Origin: Ostreococcus lucimarinus
Lineage: Eukaryota
Length of the DNA: 64,000 bases
NCBI GenBank assembly: GCA_000092065.1
Contig: CP000592.1
Reading direction: 5' to 3' (one strand)
A program made the position numbers and the translations under genes. The notes beneath the pieces were generated by a model. The model was not told the DNA's origin, did no database searches, and was given only the letters and a program-made list of their open reading frames with translations. Position 1 is the first letter of the stretch. Each line of letters begins with the position of its first letter. This document shows positions 21,643 to 30,694 of the stretch, one piece after another.

Positions 21643-23103
21643 CTATGGCACAATGGCGTTACCAACTCGATCGTACGCCGGCTCTTCGATTTCTTTGCGC
21701 GAAAAGTACGATTGACGTGGCATACACCCTCGCGACTTCTTCAAAAATTCGACAACGTCTTTAGTTCTCGCTAGCTCTCGCAAATATGGTATCGCGTTGA
21801 GCAACTCGTTGTCGTTGGGGTTGTCAATGAAACTCGAAATAGGGAACGCGTTCTGCGGATGAAACGCGTATGAATAAGGTGAGTTATCCACGATGACCGT
21901 TTGCGATAGATCTCGGCCTAAAGACGTCAAATCTTTGACGTAGTTGCCCTGAAACGCGTAACAGTGTCGACGGAACAACCGCCAACGAACCGTCTTCTCG
22001 ACGTCCAGTAAATCCATCACTGGATTCGCGTACTTCGGTAAACTGGCCGTGAACACGACAATTTCCCAGTCTTTCGAAACTTCGCGCATGAACAAATCCA
22101 CCCACGGGCGCTTCAACACGTACACGTCGGTCATCTTGCCGTCGATTTCAACCGGCACGATGAAATCGCTTCTCATCACGGGCTTAAAGCTCGAATGCAC
22201 CAGCGTTTCGTCCAAGTCGAGCACTAAACACGGTTTATACTTGGTTGCCCCATCACGCAGATTGTAAATCTCCTTCGTCGCGTACTTGCCCCAGCGCGAC
22301 GCGTCGCACGCGCAGTCCGGCTCGCCGATGAACGGGTCGCCTTCGTGCAACACGAACCCATCTTCCAAGCACGCCCTCGGCTGCGCCACGCACGGCACGC
22401 ACGACACTGTCGTCGTCTGATGCACCACACTCGCCGCGCTCTCAGCGCACTCGAGCTCGCTCTCCGTCGTCGACTTTGGCGCGACGCAGCATCGCAGATA
22501 CGCCACGAGCGCCCCCCACGTCGTCGTCCGTCGACTCCCTCCCCCATCTCCCTCCATCTCCGCCGCATCGAGCGCCGATTTCACTTCCACCGCATCACCG
22601 CTCGCATCGTCGACGTCGTCCCTCATACCTCCCGTCCCTTTCTCGCTCGACGTCGCCTCGCCGTCCAGCATTCGCGCGATCTGCTCCGCGTCGCTCGCCC
22701 GCCCGCTCCGCCTCCCTCCCCGCCGCCCGAACGCCCCGCCCGCGCGATTTCCCGACGATTCCGAGCTCGACCGTCCGCCTCGTCGCGGGCTGAACGGCTC
22801 CCCTCGCCCCGGCGTCGCGTCATCCGACGACGAAGACGTTTCCGACTCATCATCGGGTGTTCGCGGAGACTTTCTCCCATCGCGCGTCTTCACCGCGTTC
22901 AGCGGCGTTCGCGGCGACGGCGCGGAGTCGTCGTCGTCGACCGCATCGCGCGCCTCCTCCGCGCCGTCCCGCGCGCGCAGGATCGGCTCGCGCGCGTCGT
23001 AACTCGAGTTGGACGCGTGTCTCCGATGGTGATGCGGCCGATGATCTTTCCGACGCCGCCGCTCGCGCGCGCCGGTCTCGCGCGTCGCGTCCGCGCCCGG
23101 CAT
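21643..23103 (-). CDS. CTD small phosphatase-like (FCP1/NIF-homology domain, HAD family) protein with a long low-complexity N-terminus
   Basis: KPCLVLDLDETLVHSSFKP...YVLKRPWVDLFMREVSKDWEIVVFTASLPKYANPVMDLLD...TVIVDNSPYSYAFHPQNAFPISSF (DxDxT catalytic motif, NIF domain). Confidence 0.8.
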   Translation of the reverse strand: MPGADATRETGARERRRRKDHRPHHHRRHASNSSYDAREPILRARDGAEEARDAVDDDDSAPSPRTPLNAVKTRDGRKSPRTPDDESETSSSSDDATPGRGEPFSPRRGGRSSSESSGNRAGGAFGRRGGRRSGRASDAEQIARMLDGEATSSEKGTGGMRDDVDDASGDAVEVKSALDAAEMEGDGGGSRRTTTWGALVAYLRCCVAPKSTTESELECAESAASVVHQTTTVSCVPCVAQPRACLEDGFVLHEGDPFIGEPDCACDASRWGKYATKEIYNLRDGATKYKPCLVLDLDETLVHSSFKPVMRSDFIVPVEIDGKMTDVYVLKRPWVDLFMREVSKDWEIVVFTASLPKYANPVMDLLDVEKTVRWRLFRRHCYAFQGNYVKDLTSLGRDLSQTVIVDNSPYSYAFHPQNAFPISSFIDNPNDNELLNAIPYLRELARTKDVVEFLKKSRGCMPRQSYFSRKEIEEPAYDRVGNAIVP

Positions 23104-23201
23104 CGCGCGACGCGGCGTCTCGCGCGTCGCGCGCGCGGCGTCGCGCCTCGAGCGCGCGCGCGGGTGATGTCGCGGCGCGATGTGCGACGTCGGGCGTCAT
23201 C

Positions 23202-24554
23202 ATGCGGCGCGTCGGCGCGATCGCGCCGGCGACGACGCGCGTCGCGCTGCGCGCGCTCAAGCGTCGGCGGTGTCTCGCGCCGCGTCGCGCGTCGACGCGC
23301 GCGCGCGGAGACGCGGTCTCGGACGCGCGCGAGGGCGACGATGATTCGGACGCGCGACGGTTACGAAACGGCGGCGGCGACGAAACGTTCCGCGAGCGCG
23401 TCGCGCGCGGACAGCTGTGGCTGGCGCCGCTGACGAAGGGAGGAAACGCGCCGTTCCGACGGTTGTGCGCGAGCGAATTCGGGGCGGAGGTCGTGGTGAG
23501 CGAGATGGCGTTCGCGCGATTTCTCGCGAAGGGGGCGAGGGTGGAACGCGCGCGGGTGCGGCGACACGAGGGCGACGCTGGCGATTGTTTCGGGGCGCAG
23601 ATCGCGACGAACGCCATTGAGGAGGGCGTGAACGCGGCGTTGATCGCGTCGGGGGAGTTTGGCGCGGATTTCGTGGACTTGAATTGCGGATGTCCGATTC
23701 ACGAGACGTGGAAGCGCGGGCTCGGCGCGGCGCTGTTGAAAAAGCCGGCGAAATTGGAGCGGTTGGTGGAGGGGATCGCGAGTCGGATCGACGTGCCGTT
23801 GACGGTGAAGATTCGACTTGGGATCGATTCGTCGTCGCAGGCGCGGAGAATCGCGGAGGGGTTGGAAAATGCGGGGGCGAGCGCCGTCGTCGTGCACGGT
23901 CGGACGAAGGAGCAGCGGTACACCAAGGCGGCGGATTACGACGTGATTCGAGACATCGTTCGGGAACGAAACATTCCAATCATAGGCAACGGCGACGTGT
24001 TGACGTGGTACGATGCGCGCGATCGAATGGAGCACTCTGGAGTGGCTGCGATGATGGTCGGTCGAGGGGCGTTGATCAAGCCGTGGATATTCAAAGAGTA
24101 TCGCGAGCGCAAGTGCTGGAATCCAACCGTGGAACAGCGCGTGGGGGTGTATTACACGCTGCGTAATTACATGCGGGAAGGCTTCGGGGACGACGAACTG
24201 GGTAAGCGACGGTTTGATGAGTTTTTTCCGTGGCATCTAGGCTTTTTTTGTCGATACCGCCCGCTGCCCGAAGACGTCTTCGGCGGCAGGCCGCTCGACG
24301 ATCCGCTCCTCCAATCGCGTCTCGGGTTCGCGGTCGACGGTGAGGTCGAAGACAACTTACCCATTATTGAGCGTCTGTTGCGATGCGAGAGCGAAGACGC
24401 GCATCTCGCCATTTCAGAAGTTTTGTGGAGCGCCGACTCAGTCGGAGACGCCATGGATAAATTGGAAACCATCGCAAAGGCGTCGCTCGAAGGTTGGCGC
24501 GCGCAAGTCGCCGCCGGCGATCGCGGTGCGCACACGGACACGATTCGCGGCTAG
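23202..24554 (+). CDS. DUS3: tRNA-dihydrouridine synthase, DUS3-like. The ORF extends to 22857, but that stretch is antisense to the CTD-phosphatase CDS. The proposed ATG is at 23202, with an Arg-rich presequence-like N-terminus.
   Basis: LWLAPLTKGGNAPFRRLCASEFGAEVVVSEM...DLNCGCP...LTVKIRLG...VVVHGRTKEQRYTKAADYD...IGNGDV are Dus-family flavoenzyme motifs. No CCCH fingers are visible upstream. Confidence 0.8.
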   Translation: MRRVGAIAPATTRVALRALKRRRCLAPRRASTRARGDAVSDAREGDDDSDARRLRNGGGDETFRERVARGQLWLAPLTKGGNAPFRRLCASEFGAEVVVSEMAFARFLAKGARVERARVRRHEGDAGDCFGAQIATNAIEEGVNAALIASGEFGADFVDLNCGCPIHETWKRGLGAALLKKPAKLERLVEGIASRIDVPLTVKIRLGIDSSSQARRIAEGLENAGASAVVVHGRTKEQRYTKAADYDVIRDIVRERNIPIIGNGDVLTWYDARDRMEHSGVAAMMVGRGALIKPWIFKEYRERKCWNPTVEQRVGVYYTLRNYMREGFGDDELGKRRFDEFFPWHLGFFCRYRPLPEDVFGGRPLDDPLLQSRLGFAVDGEVEDNLPIIERLLRCESEDAHLAISEVLWSADSVGDAMDKLETIAKASLEGWRAQVAAGDRGAHTDTIRG

Positions 24555-24614
24555 TCGGTTTCCTTTTTGTACTATTAAAACTATAAAGCTATATTCTGCT
24601 AATTCTGTGCTCAT

Positions 24615-26981
24615 CTAAGAAAGGTGCATCGTGATCTCGGGCGCCAACTTTCGAGAAAGCGCCGGCAACGCCTCCCGCCAACCCCCTTCGACGGCGAGTC
24701 GATCGACCATCGCTTGATCGAGCAGGGACTGCGTGTTCTCATCATGGCTGAACGGTTGGGACATAGAGCGCATGAACGTCCGCGCGACTTGCATGGCCAT
24801 GTCCGTGGACAAGTTCAGTACCTCTTCGCGCAAGTGCGTGGTGATCCATCCCGGCAGCTTTCCGCGCTTGTCCTGCGAGTTGTATCGTTTGTCCGCAAAA
24901 ACCATGAGACCGTAATCTTTTTTCGAGCGGATGACTCGCCCGACGCACTGCGCCGCTTGCCTCACCGCATCAAACGCTAAAAAGTCGCTCTCTTTGATTT
25001 GGAACGTCTCTCGCAAATACTCGAGTCGCGCGCGCAAGATGCGCGAGAGCGTGTACTGATACGGTACGCCGTACATGACGACGGCGCGGCCGTAGTGCCG
25101 ATCGAAATCGATCCCTTCCGCAACTTTTCCGCGCGCGACAGAGAGGAAAATCGCGCCCCGGCCGCAGTTACACGCGCGTCGGTAATTGTCGAGCGCCAAA
25201 GACGTCTCAACCACGTCGGTGGTTTCGATGAAGACGAGTTTGTGTTGCATGATTTCTCGCAAAATTCCCGTCTCGTGCCACTTGCTCACGATGTTTTCCA
25301 TGTAAGAATACGATACGAAAAAAGCGACAATGCCGTCGGGAACGGTTTGCGCGAGACCAATCAAGATTCGCCCGTAATTTTGAATCACGTTCGGATCGTC
25401 GCGCATGTCAAACTTCGTCGACACGGCTTGCTGATCCGCCCCACGAGTGATCACCATCGGACACAAGCAATCGCGCGTAAGCGTCATTGCTAAACTCCGT
25501 ACGCTCACAGGATTGAACCCAAGAAGTTTTGGGTACAAATCAATCGGACTCAACGTTCCAGACGTGATGAACACGGACTGGAAACGCTCAAACACGGGCT
25601 TGATGGCGAGCGACGCGTCCAAGCACGCGAGTTGCAACACTGGATCCGGAATGTTTGGATAACGCTCATCGTAAGGCTCGAGAATCAGCGCAAAGCCGTT
25701 TGAGTACGTCCCAACCAACGCGGCAAAGTTTGCCACCAAAGATAGCGCGTTGAATTCGTCCATGTCCACGACTTCGAGCGTCTTCAACAGGCTCGTCAAG
25801 CGGTCGTAGCAAAACTTCAACGTCTTCCCGTCTATTCCCGCGTTCGCGGCGCAGTGCTGCAAAAACGCCGTCGGTGTTTCTTGTTCCACCTGCGTCGATC
25901 GTAATCGCATATTGAGGTACTCAACGAATCGTTTCAACACCGCGACGAAGTGCTCGGCCCGTCGAATGTTCCCCGGCACGGCTTCGCGCAAAATATCATC
26001 CGGAATAATCGGGTTCATCAACACGTCTTCGCCACCGCCTCGCGCTAACACGCCTTGCTGCGCCAGCCCGTTCACCAAGCGCTCGTACTCTTGACGAAGC
26101 CGCCGCTCGTCGGTTTGTTTCGCCCTGTCTATGCGCGTGTTCAACGACGTAATCGACCGCCCCGCGTTTTCCAACGTCTGCTGGCGAAGATTCACACTCA
26201 ACGCCTCGATGCACACGTTATCGATGTTGTGCGCTTCGTCGAACACTACGATACACTCCTTTTCCAACGAACTCGACACCAAGCTTGCCACCTTCGGGTC
26301 GAGCATATACTGATAGTTGTACACCACGACGTTGGCGAACGAAATCATATTCCTCGCCAAAAAATACGGACACCACTTCTTCGTTCGCCCGAACGCGCGC
26401 AAATCGTGCAAGGTGTACACCCCCGGAGGCAACACCGCCTTCTCTCCCGCGCTCTCAAAATCCTCAAAAAATTCGCAACAGTTCCCTTCGCCCCCGTCCT
26501 CCACGTTTTCGTTTTCGCTCGCCCCTCGCGCCTCCCGTTCCAACCGTTTCTCTCGCACCCAGCTCGCCGTCAACCGTCGGCACTTCCCATCCACGCTCTC
26601 CCTCGACCCCTCGTCCACGACTCGCGGATTCACGCACATGTTCTTCCTCGACGACAGCCCGAGCGCCAGCATCGCCGCGACGTCCTCGCCCGCTCGCGCC
26701 GCTATGAATCGTTCCAACGTCCGGCACTCCGCCAGCACCTTCTCCATCTCCGGCACCGTGCGCGTGCAGTATATCAGTTTCCCACACTCCGGGTGCGCGA
26801 TCTGATAGCTCACGCACAGCGACAGCACGGTGATCGTCTTCCCCGTCCCCGTGGGCATCTCGATCGCGCCGTGCCCGCGCGCGTCGAGCGAGCGCTTGAA
26901 CTCGGTCATCATCGCCAGCTGCTCGGGGTATATCTGGGGATACGGGAAGAACACGCGCAGGCCCTCGAGGTTGAAGTCCAT
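24615..26981 (-). CDS. ERCC2: TFIIH helicase XPD/ERCC2 (Rad3 family 5'-3' DNA helicase)
   Basis: MDFNLEGLRVFFPYPQIYPEQLAMM...MPTGTGKT...VVFDEAHNIDNVCIEALS...Fe-S Cys cluster...C-terminal HD2 motifs. Collinear with XPD from the N-terminus. Confidence 0.9.
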   Translation of the reverse strand: MDFNLEGLRVFFPYPQIYPEQLAMMTEFKRSLDARGHGAIEMPTGTGKTITVLSLCVSYQIAHPECGKLIYCTRTVPEMEKVLAECRTLERFIAARAGEDVAAMLALGLSSRKNMCVNPRVVDEGSRESVDGKCRRLTASWVREKRLEREARGASENENVEDGGEGNCCEFFEDFESAGEKAVLPPGVYTLHDLRAFGRTKKWCPYFLARNMISFANVVVYNYQYMLDPKVASLVSSSLEKECIVVFDEAHNIDNVCIEALSVNLRQQTLENAGRSITSLNTRIDRAKQTDERRLRQEYERLVNGLAQQGVLARGGGEDVLMNPIIPDDILREAVPGNIRRAEHFVAVLKRFVEYLNMRLRSTQVEQETPTAFLQHCAANAGIDGKTLKFCYDRLTSLLKTLEVVDMDEFNALSLVANFAALVGTYSNGFALILEPYDERYPNIPDPVLQLACLDASLAIKPVFERFQSVFITSGTLSPIDLYPKLLGFNPVSVRSLAMTLTRDCLCPMVITRGADQQAVSTKFDMRDDPNVIQNYGRILIGLAQTVPDGIVAFFVSYSYMENIVSKWHETGILREIMQHKLVFIETTDVVETSLALDNYRRACNCGRGAIFLSVARGKVAEGIDFDRHYGRAVVMYGVPYQYTLSRILRARLEYLRETFQIKESDFLAFDAVRQAAQCVGRVIRSKKDYGLMVFADKRYNSQDKRGKLPGWITTHLREEVLNLSTDMAMQVARTFMRSMSQPFSHDENTQSLLDQAMVDRLAVEGGWREALPALSRKLAPEITMHLS

Positions 26982-27433
26982 GACGGCGCGAGCGCGCGCG
27001 CGGGCGTCGAGGAATGACGCGGAATTCGCCCAGAAGCGAGAAGCGCCGGCGACACTTCGACACGCGCGACGCGCGCGATCGTCGACGCGCGGTCGCGTCG
27101 ACGCGCGACGACGCGCTCGGGACGCGCGACGATCGCGCGCGCGCGCGAACGCGCGACGCGAGCGAACGACGCGGCGGCGTGCGCGTTTGAGAGATGCGTT
27201 TGACTGCGCAACTGTCGGGACATTCGGTGTCGCGCGCGCGCGCGAAATGCGGCGCGCGTGATGCGCGCGAGCGCGCGAGCGCGCGGTGCGTCGGCGCGGG
27301 AAGCGGGAGCGCGCGTCTTGGACGCGGGCGAGGCGCTCGATCGACGTCGATGGTCGTCGAGGCGCGAGGGAAGGCGACGGGGCGCGAGGGCGACGCGCCT
27401 CGGACGCGCGAACGAGCGCGGAAGGGCTCGCGG

Positions 27434-28693
27434 ATGGTCATCGCGCGCGCCGCGGGCGAAGGCGTGAAGGTGGAGTCGGTGAAAAAACCGCGATTGCCCG
27501 CGCTGGACAGCGTGCGGTTCTTTTTGATCACGTACATCTCGGTCGGGCACTTTATCGCGTGCGCGACGAAGAACGCGCTCGCGCTCGCGGCGTTTTCGCA
27601 AGTCAACGTCGTCGTCGGAGCGTTTTTCGTGCTCAGTGGGTACGTCGCGGCGTACACGACGACGGAGCTGGGCAAGTACGAAGCGCAGACGGGGCGATTA
27701 CGCCCGACTCCAAAGTATTTCGTCAGTCGCGTGATGGGGTTTTATCCGCTGTACTTTGTCGTCAACTGCGTCTTCGCGCCGATGTTTTTTTATGCGGATT
27801 CGTTTTACAACGGGCCGTTGACGGCCGCTGTGCACGGTTTCATGACGTTTACTCTCACCCAAGCGTGGTTCCCCATGCACGCCGAGCTTTGGAACGCGCC
27901 GACGTGGTTTTTGAGCGCGTTCACGTTTGCCTTGGCGGCGATGCCGTTCGCGTTGCCGAGCGTGGCGCGCTTCAAGCGCGAGCACTTGCATTCGGTGTTC
28001 AAGGTGCTGATAATCGTGTCTCTCTTGGCGAAGATCGCGTACTCCTACGATCTCAACGCATGGGGCTTCATGGAAGGCATGATGTCCGCGAAGACGCACC
28101 CAAACTGGCTGTACTTTAACTCGGTGCGATTTTCACCCTTCAACGCTTTGATCGACGTCTTACTCGGCGCCGTCGCCGCGCGAACCGTCATGGTGGACAG
28201 CGCCGAGGGCGAGTCCGTGCCGAAGCAAAACAAACTTTTGGCGTGCTCGGCGACGCCGTTGGTGGCCATGGTGGCGTTTCTAGCCGCTCGCGCGCTCGGC
28301 GTCGTCGCAGTCAACGACGCGTTATCGAGGACAATTTTCACCGTTTTGTTCTCCGCGTTCGCCGTCAACGTACACCGAGAGACGGTGCGCGAGGGCGGTG
28401 AGGGGTCTTTGGTCTCGAAGATTCTTTCGCTAAAACCTTTGGTGTACCTCGGAACGATTTCGTTCCCGATTTACATCTTACACGGTCCCATCGGTCAGGT
28501 GTTTTACAAGCGCGTCGTGGCGACGAAACTCTTCGGCAAGGTTTTCACCCAGTACCCGCAATTTTTCCCAATCTACCTCCTCATCGTTCTCGTCGCCGCC
28601 ATGCTGACGCACGAGTTTTTCATTAAGAATAAAAAAGTGCAAGAGCTCAGTAAAGCGGTGAGCGACAAAGCCACGGCGGCGTTGACGGATTAA
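27434..28693 (+). CDS. Acyltransferase-3 family (OafA/NolL-like) multi-pass membrane O-acyltransferase. The ORF extends to 27194, but that part overlaps an antisense low-complexity region.
   Basis: N-terminal RLPALDSVRFFLITYISVGHF matches the acyltransferase_3 signature (R..LD.LR...V...H). About 10 predicted TM helices. Conserved C-terminal FPIYILHGPI. Confidence 0.55.
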   Translation: MVIARAAGEGVKVESVKKPRLPALDSVRFFLITYISVGHFIACATKNALALAAFSQVNVVVGAFFVLSGYVAAYTTTELGKYEAQTGRLRPTPKYFVSRVMGFYPLYFVVNCVFAPMFFYADSFYNGPLTAAVHGFMTFTLTQAWFPMHAELWNAPTWFLSAFTFALAAMPFALPSVARFKREHLHSVFKVLIIVSLLAKIAYSYDLNAWGFMEGMMSAKTHPNWLYFNSVRFSPFNALIDVLLGAVAARTVMVDSAEGESVPKQNKLLACSATPLVAMVAFLAARALGVVAVNDALSRTIFTVLFSAFAVNVHRETVREGGEGSLVSKILSLKPLVYLGTISFPIYILHGPIGQVFYKRVVATKLFGKVFTQYPQFFPIYLLIVLVAAMLTHEFFIKNKKVQELSKAVSDKATAALTD

Positions 28694-28894
28694 CGGCGAA
28701 AATCGTGTAAAACAATTTATCGAGACGACTTTTGTCTTTCATAAAAACGCTATCACCTCTTTTTTATATGCCTAGAGTGTTTCTTATCGGTTTCAAGCGA
28801 ACGCGATCTAACGCGAACGCTCCCCCGGGTCTCACGACGCCCTCAAAGAGCGCGCTGACCAGCACCCACGTCAACTTCGTCGCGAGGACGAAAT

Positions 28895-29565
28895 TTATTC
28901 TTCCTCGTTGTCGTCCGCGATGTTGAAGTATCTCAACTCGTACACGTTGCGTTCCTTGTTGGACGCAATCACGCGCAACCAATCACGAACGTTGTGCTTC
29001 TTGAGGTACTTCTTCGTGAGGTACTTCATGTAGCGCTTGCTCATCGCGACTTCGCTCGTCACCGTCACCTTCGTCTTGTCGCTCGACACGCTCACCGCCT
29101 CGCCGAGCGCGCCCGCCTTACCACCAACCTTGATACGATCGGTGAGGAACGCGGTGAACGAACCAATCTCCATAATCTTGTCCTCGACCTATTCGCATCA
29201 AAGAATATCGCATCGTCAGTCATCGTCCCTCGTCGTCGTCTCGAGTCGCGCGTTCGCCGCTCGCCCTGTATTTTAGGGTTTCACACGCACCGGCTTCGCG
29301 CAGTCGATGACAAAGGTGGAAACCTTCTTCTTCGTGTCTACGCCCGCGAAAACATCCCACGCATCGTCAGTCGTCTCTCCAACTCGCTTCACTCGCGCGC
29401 ATCCGCGTTCCCACGACGCGCGGCGGCGACGACGATCCATCCCGCCGATCGACCCATCGCGCGTCGGTCGCGCCCGCGCGCCGTTTCTCGACGCCGCGCC
29501 GCGCCGTCGTCGCGTTCGACGCGCCGTCGTCGCGGCGAGAATATCGTTCGCACCTTTCGGGGCCA
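28895..29565 (-). CDS. RPL22: Ribosomal protein L22e (eL22), three exons: 29565..29553 (MAPK+G), 29337..29291 and 29188..28895, with introns of 215 nt and 102 nt.
   Basis: Exon 3 encodes [29 protein letters not shown]...[39 protein letters not shown] (near-identical to plant eL22). Exon 2 encodes [16 protein letters not shown], ending at a CCG|GTGCGTGTGAA donor. Exon 1 is ATGGCCCCGAAAG followed by a GTGCGAAC donor. Both introns carry GACTGACGATG 26-32 nt before the TAG acceptor. The splice phases give a continuous eL22 sequence. Confidence 0.8.
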
Positions 29566-29743
29566 TGATGTCGTCGACGGGCGCTGTCGCGCGCTTCAAA
29601 GAGGCGTCGCGCGACGGCGCGGTCGCCGCGGTCGATGCGTCTGTCGTCCGTGTGTGACTCGAGACCGCACCGGACCAATCAACCACCGCGCGCGCCTCGG
29701 CGCCGCGCGCGTTCCCTCACACGACGACGCCGACGCGCGCGCG

Positions 29744-30062
29744 ATGGACGCGGCGACGGACGCGGACGCGGGTGCGATCGATCGACGCGACGCGCGCGCG
29801 CGGGCGAACGCGCGAACGCGCGAACGAACGACTGACGGCTGACACGTCGTCGACGACAGAGCGCCCGCCGCCGAGCCAAGACGCGCAGGACGCGCGCGAT
29901 GAGGCCTCGGCGAAGGTGTACCTCGAAACTCACGTCACGAGCGTCCTGCACGACGCCCTGGTGGCGCTCAACGCCGCGCGCCCGGCGGACCCGCTCGCGT
30001 GGCTCGGCGAGTACCTCTTAAAAGAATCCGCCGCGCGAAAGGCGAAAGCCGACGCCGCGTGA
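29744..30062 (+). CDS. DPY30: DPY-30 domain protein (COMPASS DPY30-like), two exons: 29744..29771 and 29860..30062, with an 88-nt intron.
   Basis: The C-terminus AKVYLETHVTSVLHDALVALNAARPADPLAWLGEYLLKES is a Dpy-30 dimerisation motif. The track ORF starts at GTG 29772 with no in-frame ATG. Exon 1 is ATG...GCGG followed by a GTGCGATCG donor. The intron has GAACGACTGACGG and a GACGACAG acceptor. The join is in frame (MDAATDADA-E-RPPPSQ...). Confidence 0.7.
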
Positions 30063-30273
30063 GCGCGCGTAGTGAGTGTAACGCACATCGCATCGAATTG
30101 AATGGCAAAATGGAAAAATGGAAACCTGTCCACGACGGGGCGTCCATACTACCGGGACGGGGCGTCCCGCATGCGCGGCGAAAAAAAGTGCGCTCGGACT
30201 CGCGAGCGCGCGCGAGCGTCGTCAGCGCGCGGACGTACCGCTTCGGCGCGATGTCAACGACAACCGTTCGCCC

Positions 30274-30281
30274 AAAAAAAA
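30274..30281 (-). terminator. RNA polymerase III terminator (T8 on the tRNA strand) 24 nt downstream of tRNA-Arg
   Basis: A run of eight A on the plus strand (eight T on the minus strand) lies immediately 3' of the tRNA trailer. Confidence 0.6.
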
Positions 30282-30304
30282 GATGCGTTTAGATGTCCAC
30301 TAGA

Positions 30305-30405
30305 TGTCCACGACGGGGCTCGAACCCGCGGCCTTTTGATGACTCGCGCGTCGCTCGCGCGCTTCGCGTAGAAGTCAAACTATCTTCCAACTGATATACG
30401 TGGAC
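30305..30405 (-). tRNA. tRNA-Arg(UCU) gene with a 28-nt intron after position 37
   Basis: Minus-strand fold: acceptor GTCCACG/CGTGGAC, D-arm TATC-AGTTGGAA-GATA, anticodon stem TTTGA/TCAAA, loop CT-TCT-A with an intron (CGCGAAGCGCGCGAGCGACGCGCGAGTC) before A38, variable loop AGGCC, T-arm GCGGG-TTCGAGC-CCCGT, discriminator A. No encoded CCA. Confidence 0.85.
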
Positions 30406-30694
30406 CGACCTGGGGATTGAACCCGTATCAAACAGAACGTCGACCTAGGTAATTTTACCCAAAGCCGAGTCGCGATAACCGACGCGGGGCGTTTTCGGTT
30501 TATGTACGACGGCGTCGGCGCGCGTCGCGCGCGCGACGCGCGCGCGCGCTCGACACCCGTCGACGCGCGGTCGACGCGCGCGCGCGCGACCGAAGCGACG
30601 CGTCGCGCGCGAGACAGAAGCGACGACTCGCGCGCGCGGTCGATCTCGAAACCGTCGAAGCGCGTCGAATCGAATCGAATCGAACGAGACAACG

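Noticed and set aside
23402-23414. GCTGACGAA branch-like motifs on the plus strand inside the DUS3 (23402..23414) and RRP6 (62755..62766) CDS, and TTCGTCAGTCG inside the acyltransferase CDS (27719..27730)
   Set aside because: They lie within continuous, well-conserved coding sequence (LAPLTKGGN; RPLTKEM) or on the non-coding orientation, so they are coincidental codon strings, not branch sites.
30406-30490. Second tRNA immediately upstream of tRNA-Arg
   Set aside because: It has a T-arm-like GGGTTCAATCCCC and an acceptor-like 3' end, but I could not fold a complete cloverleaf (T-stem only 3 bp, no matching 5' acceptor strand). It is recorded only as a tRNA-like remnant.
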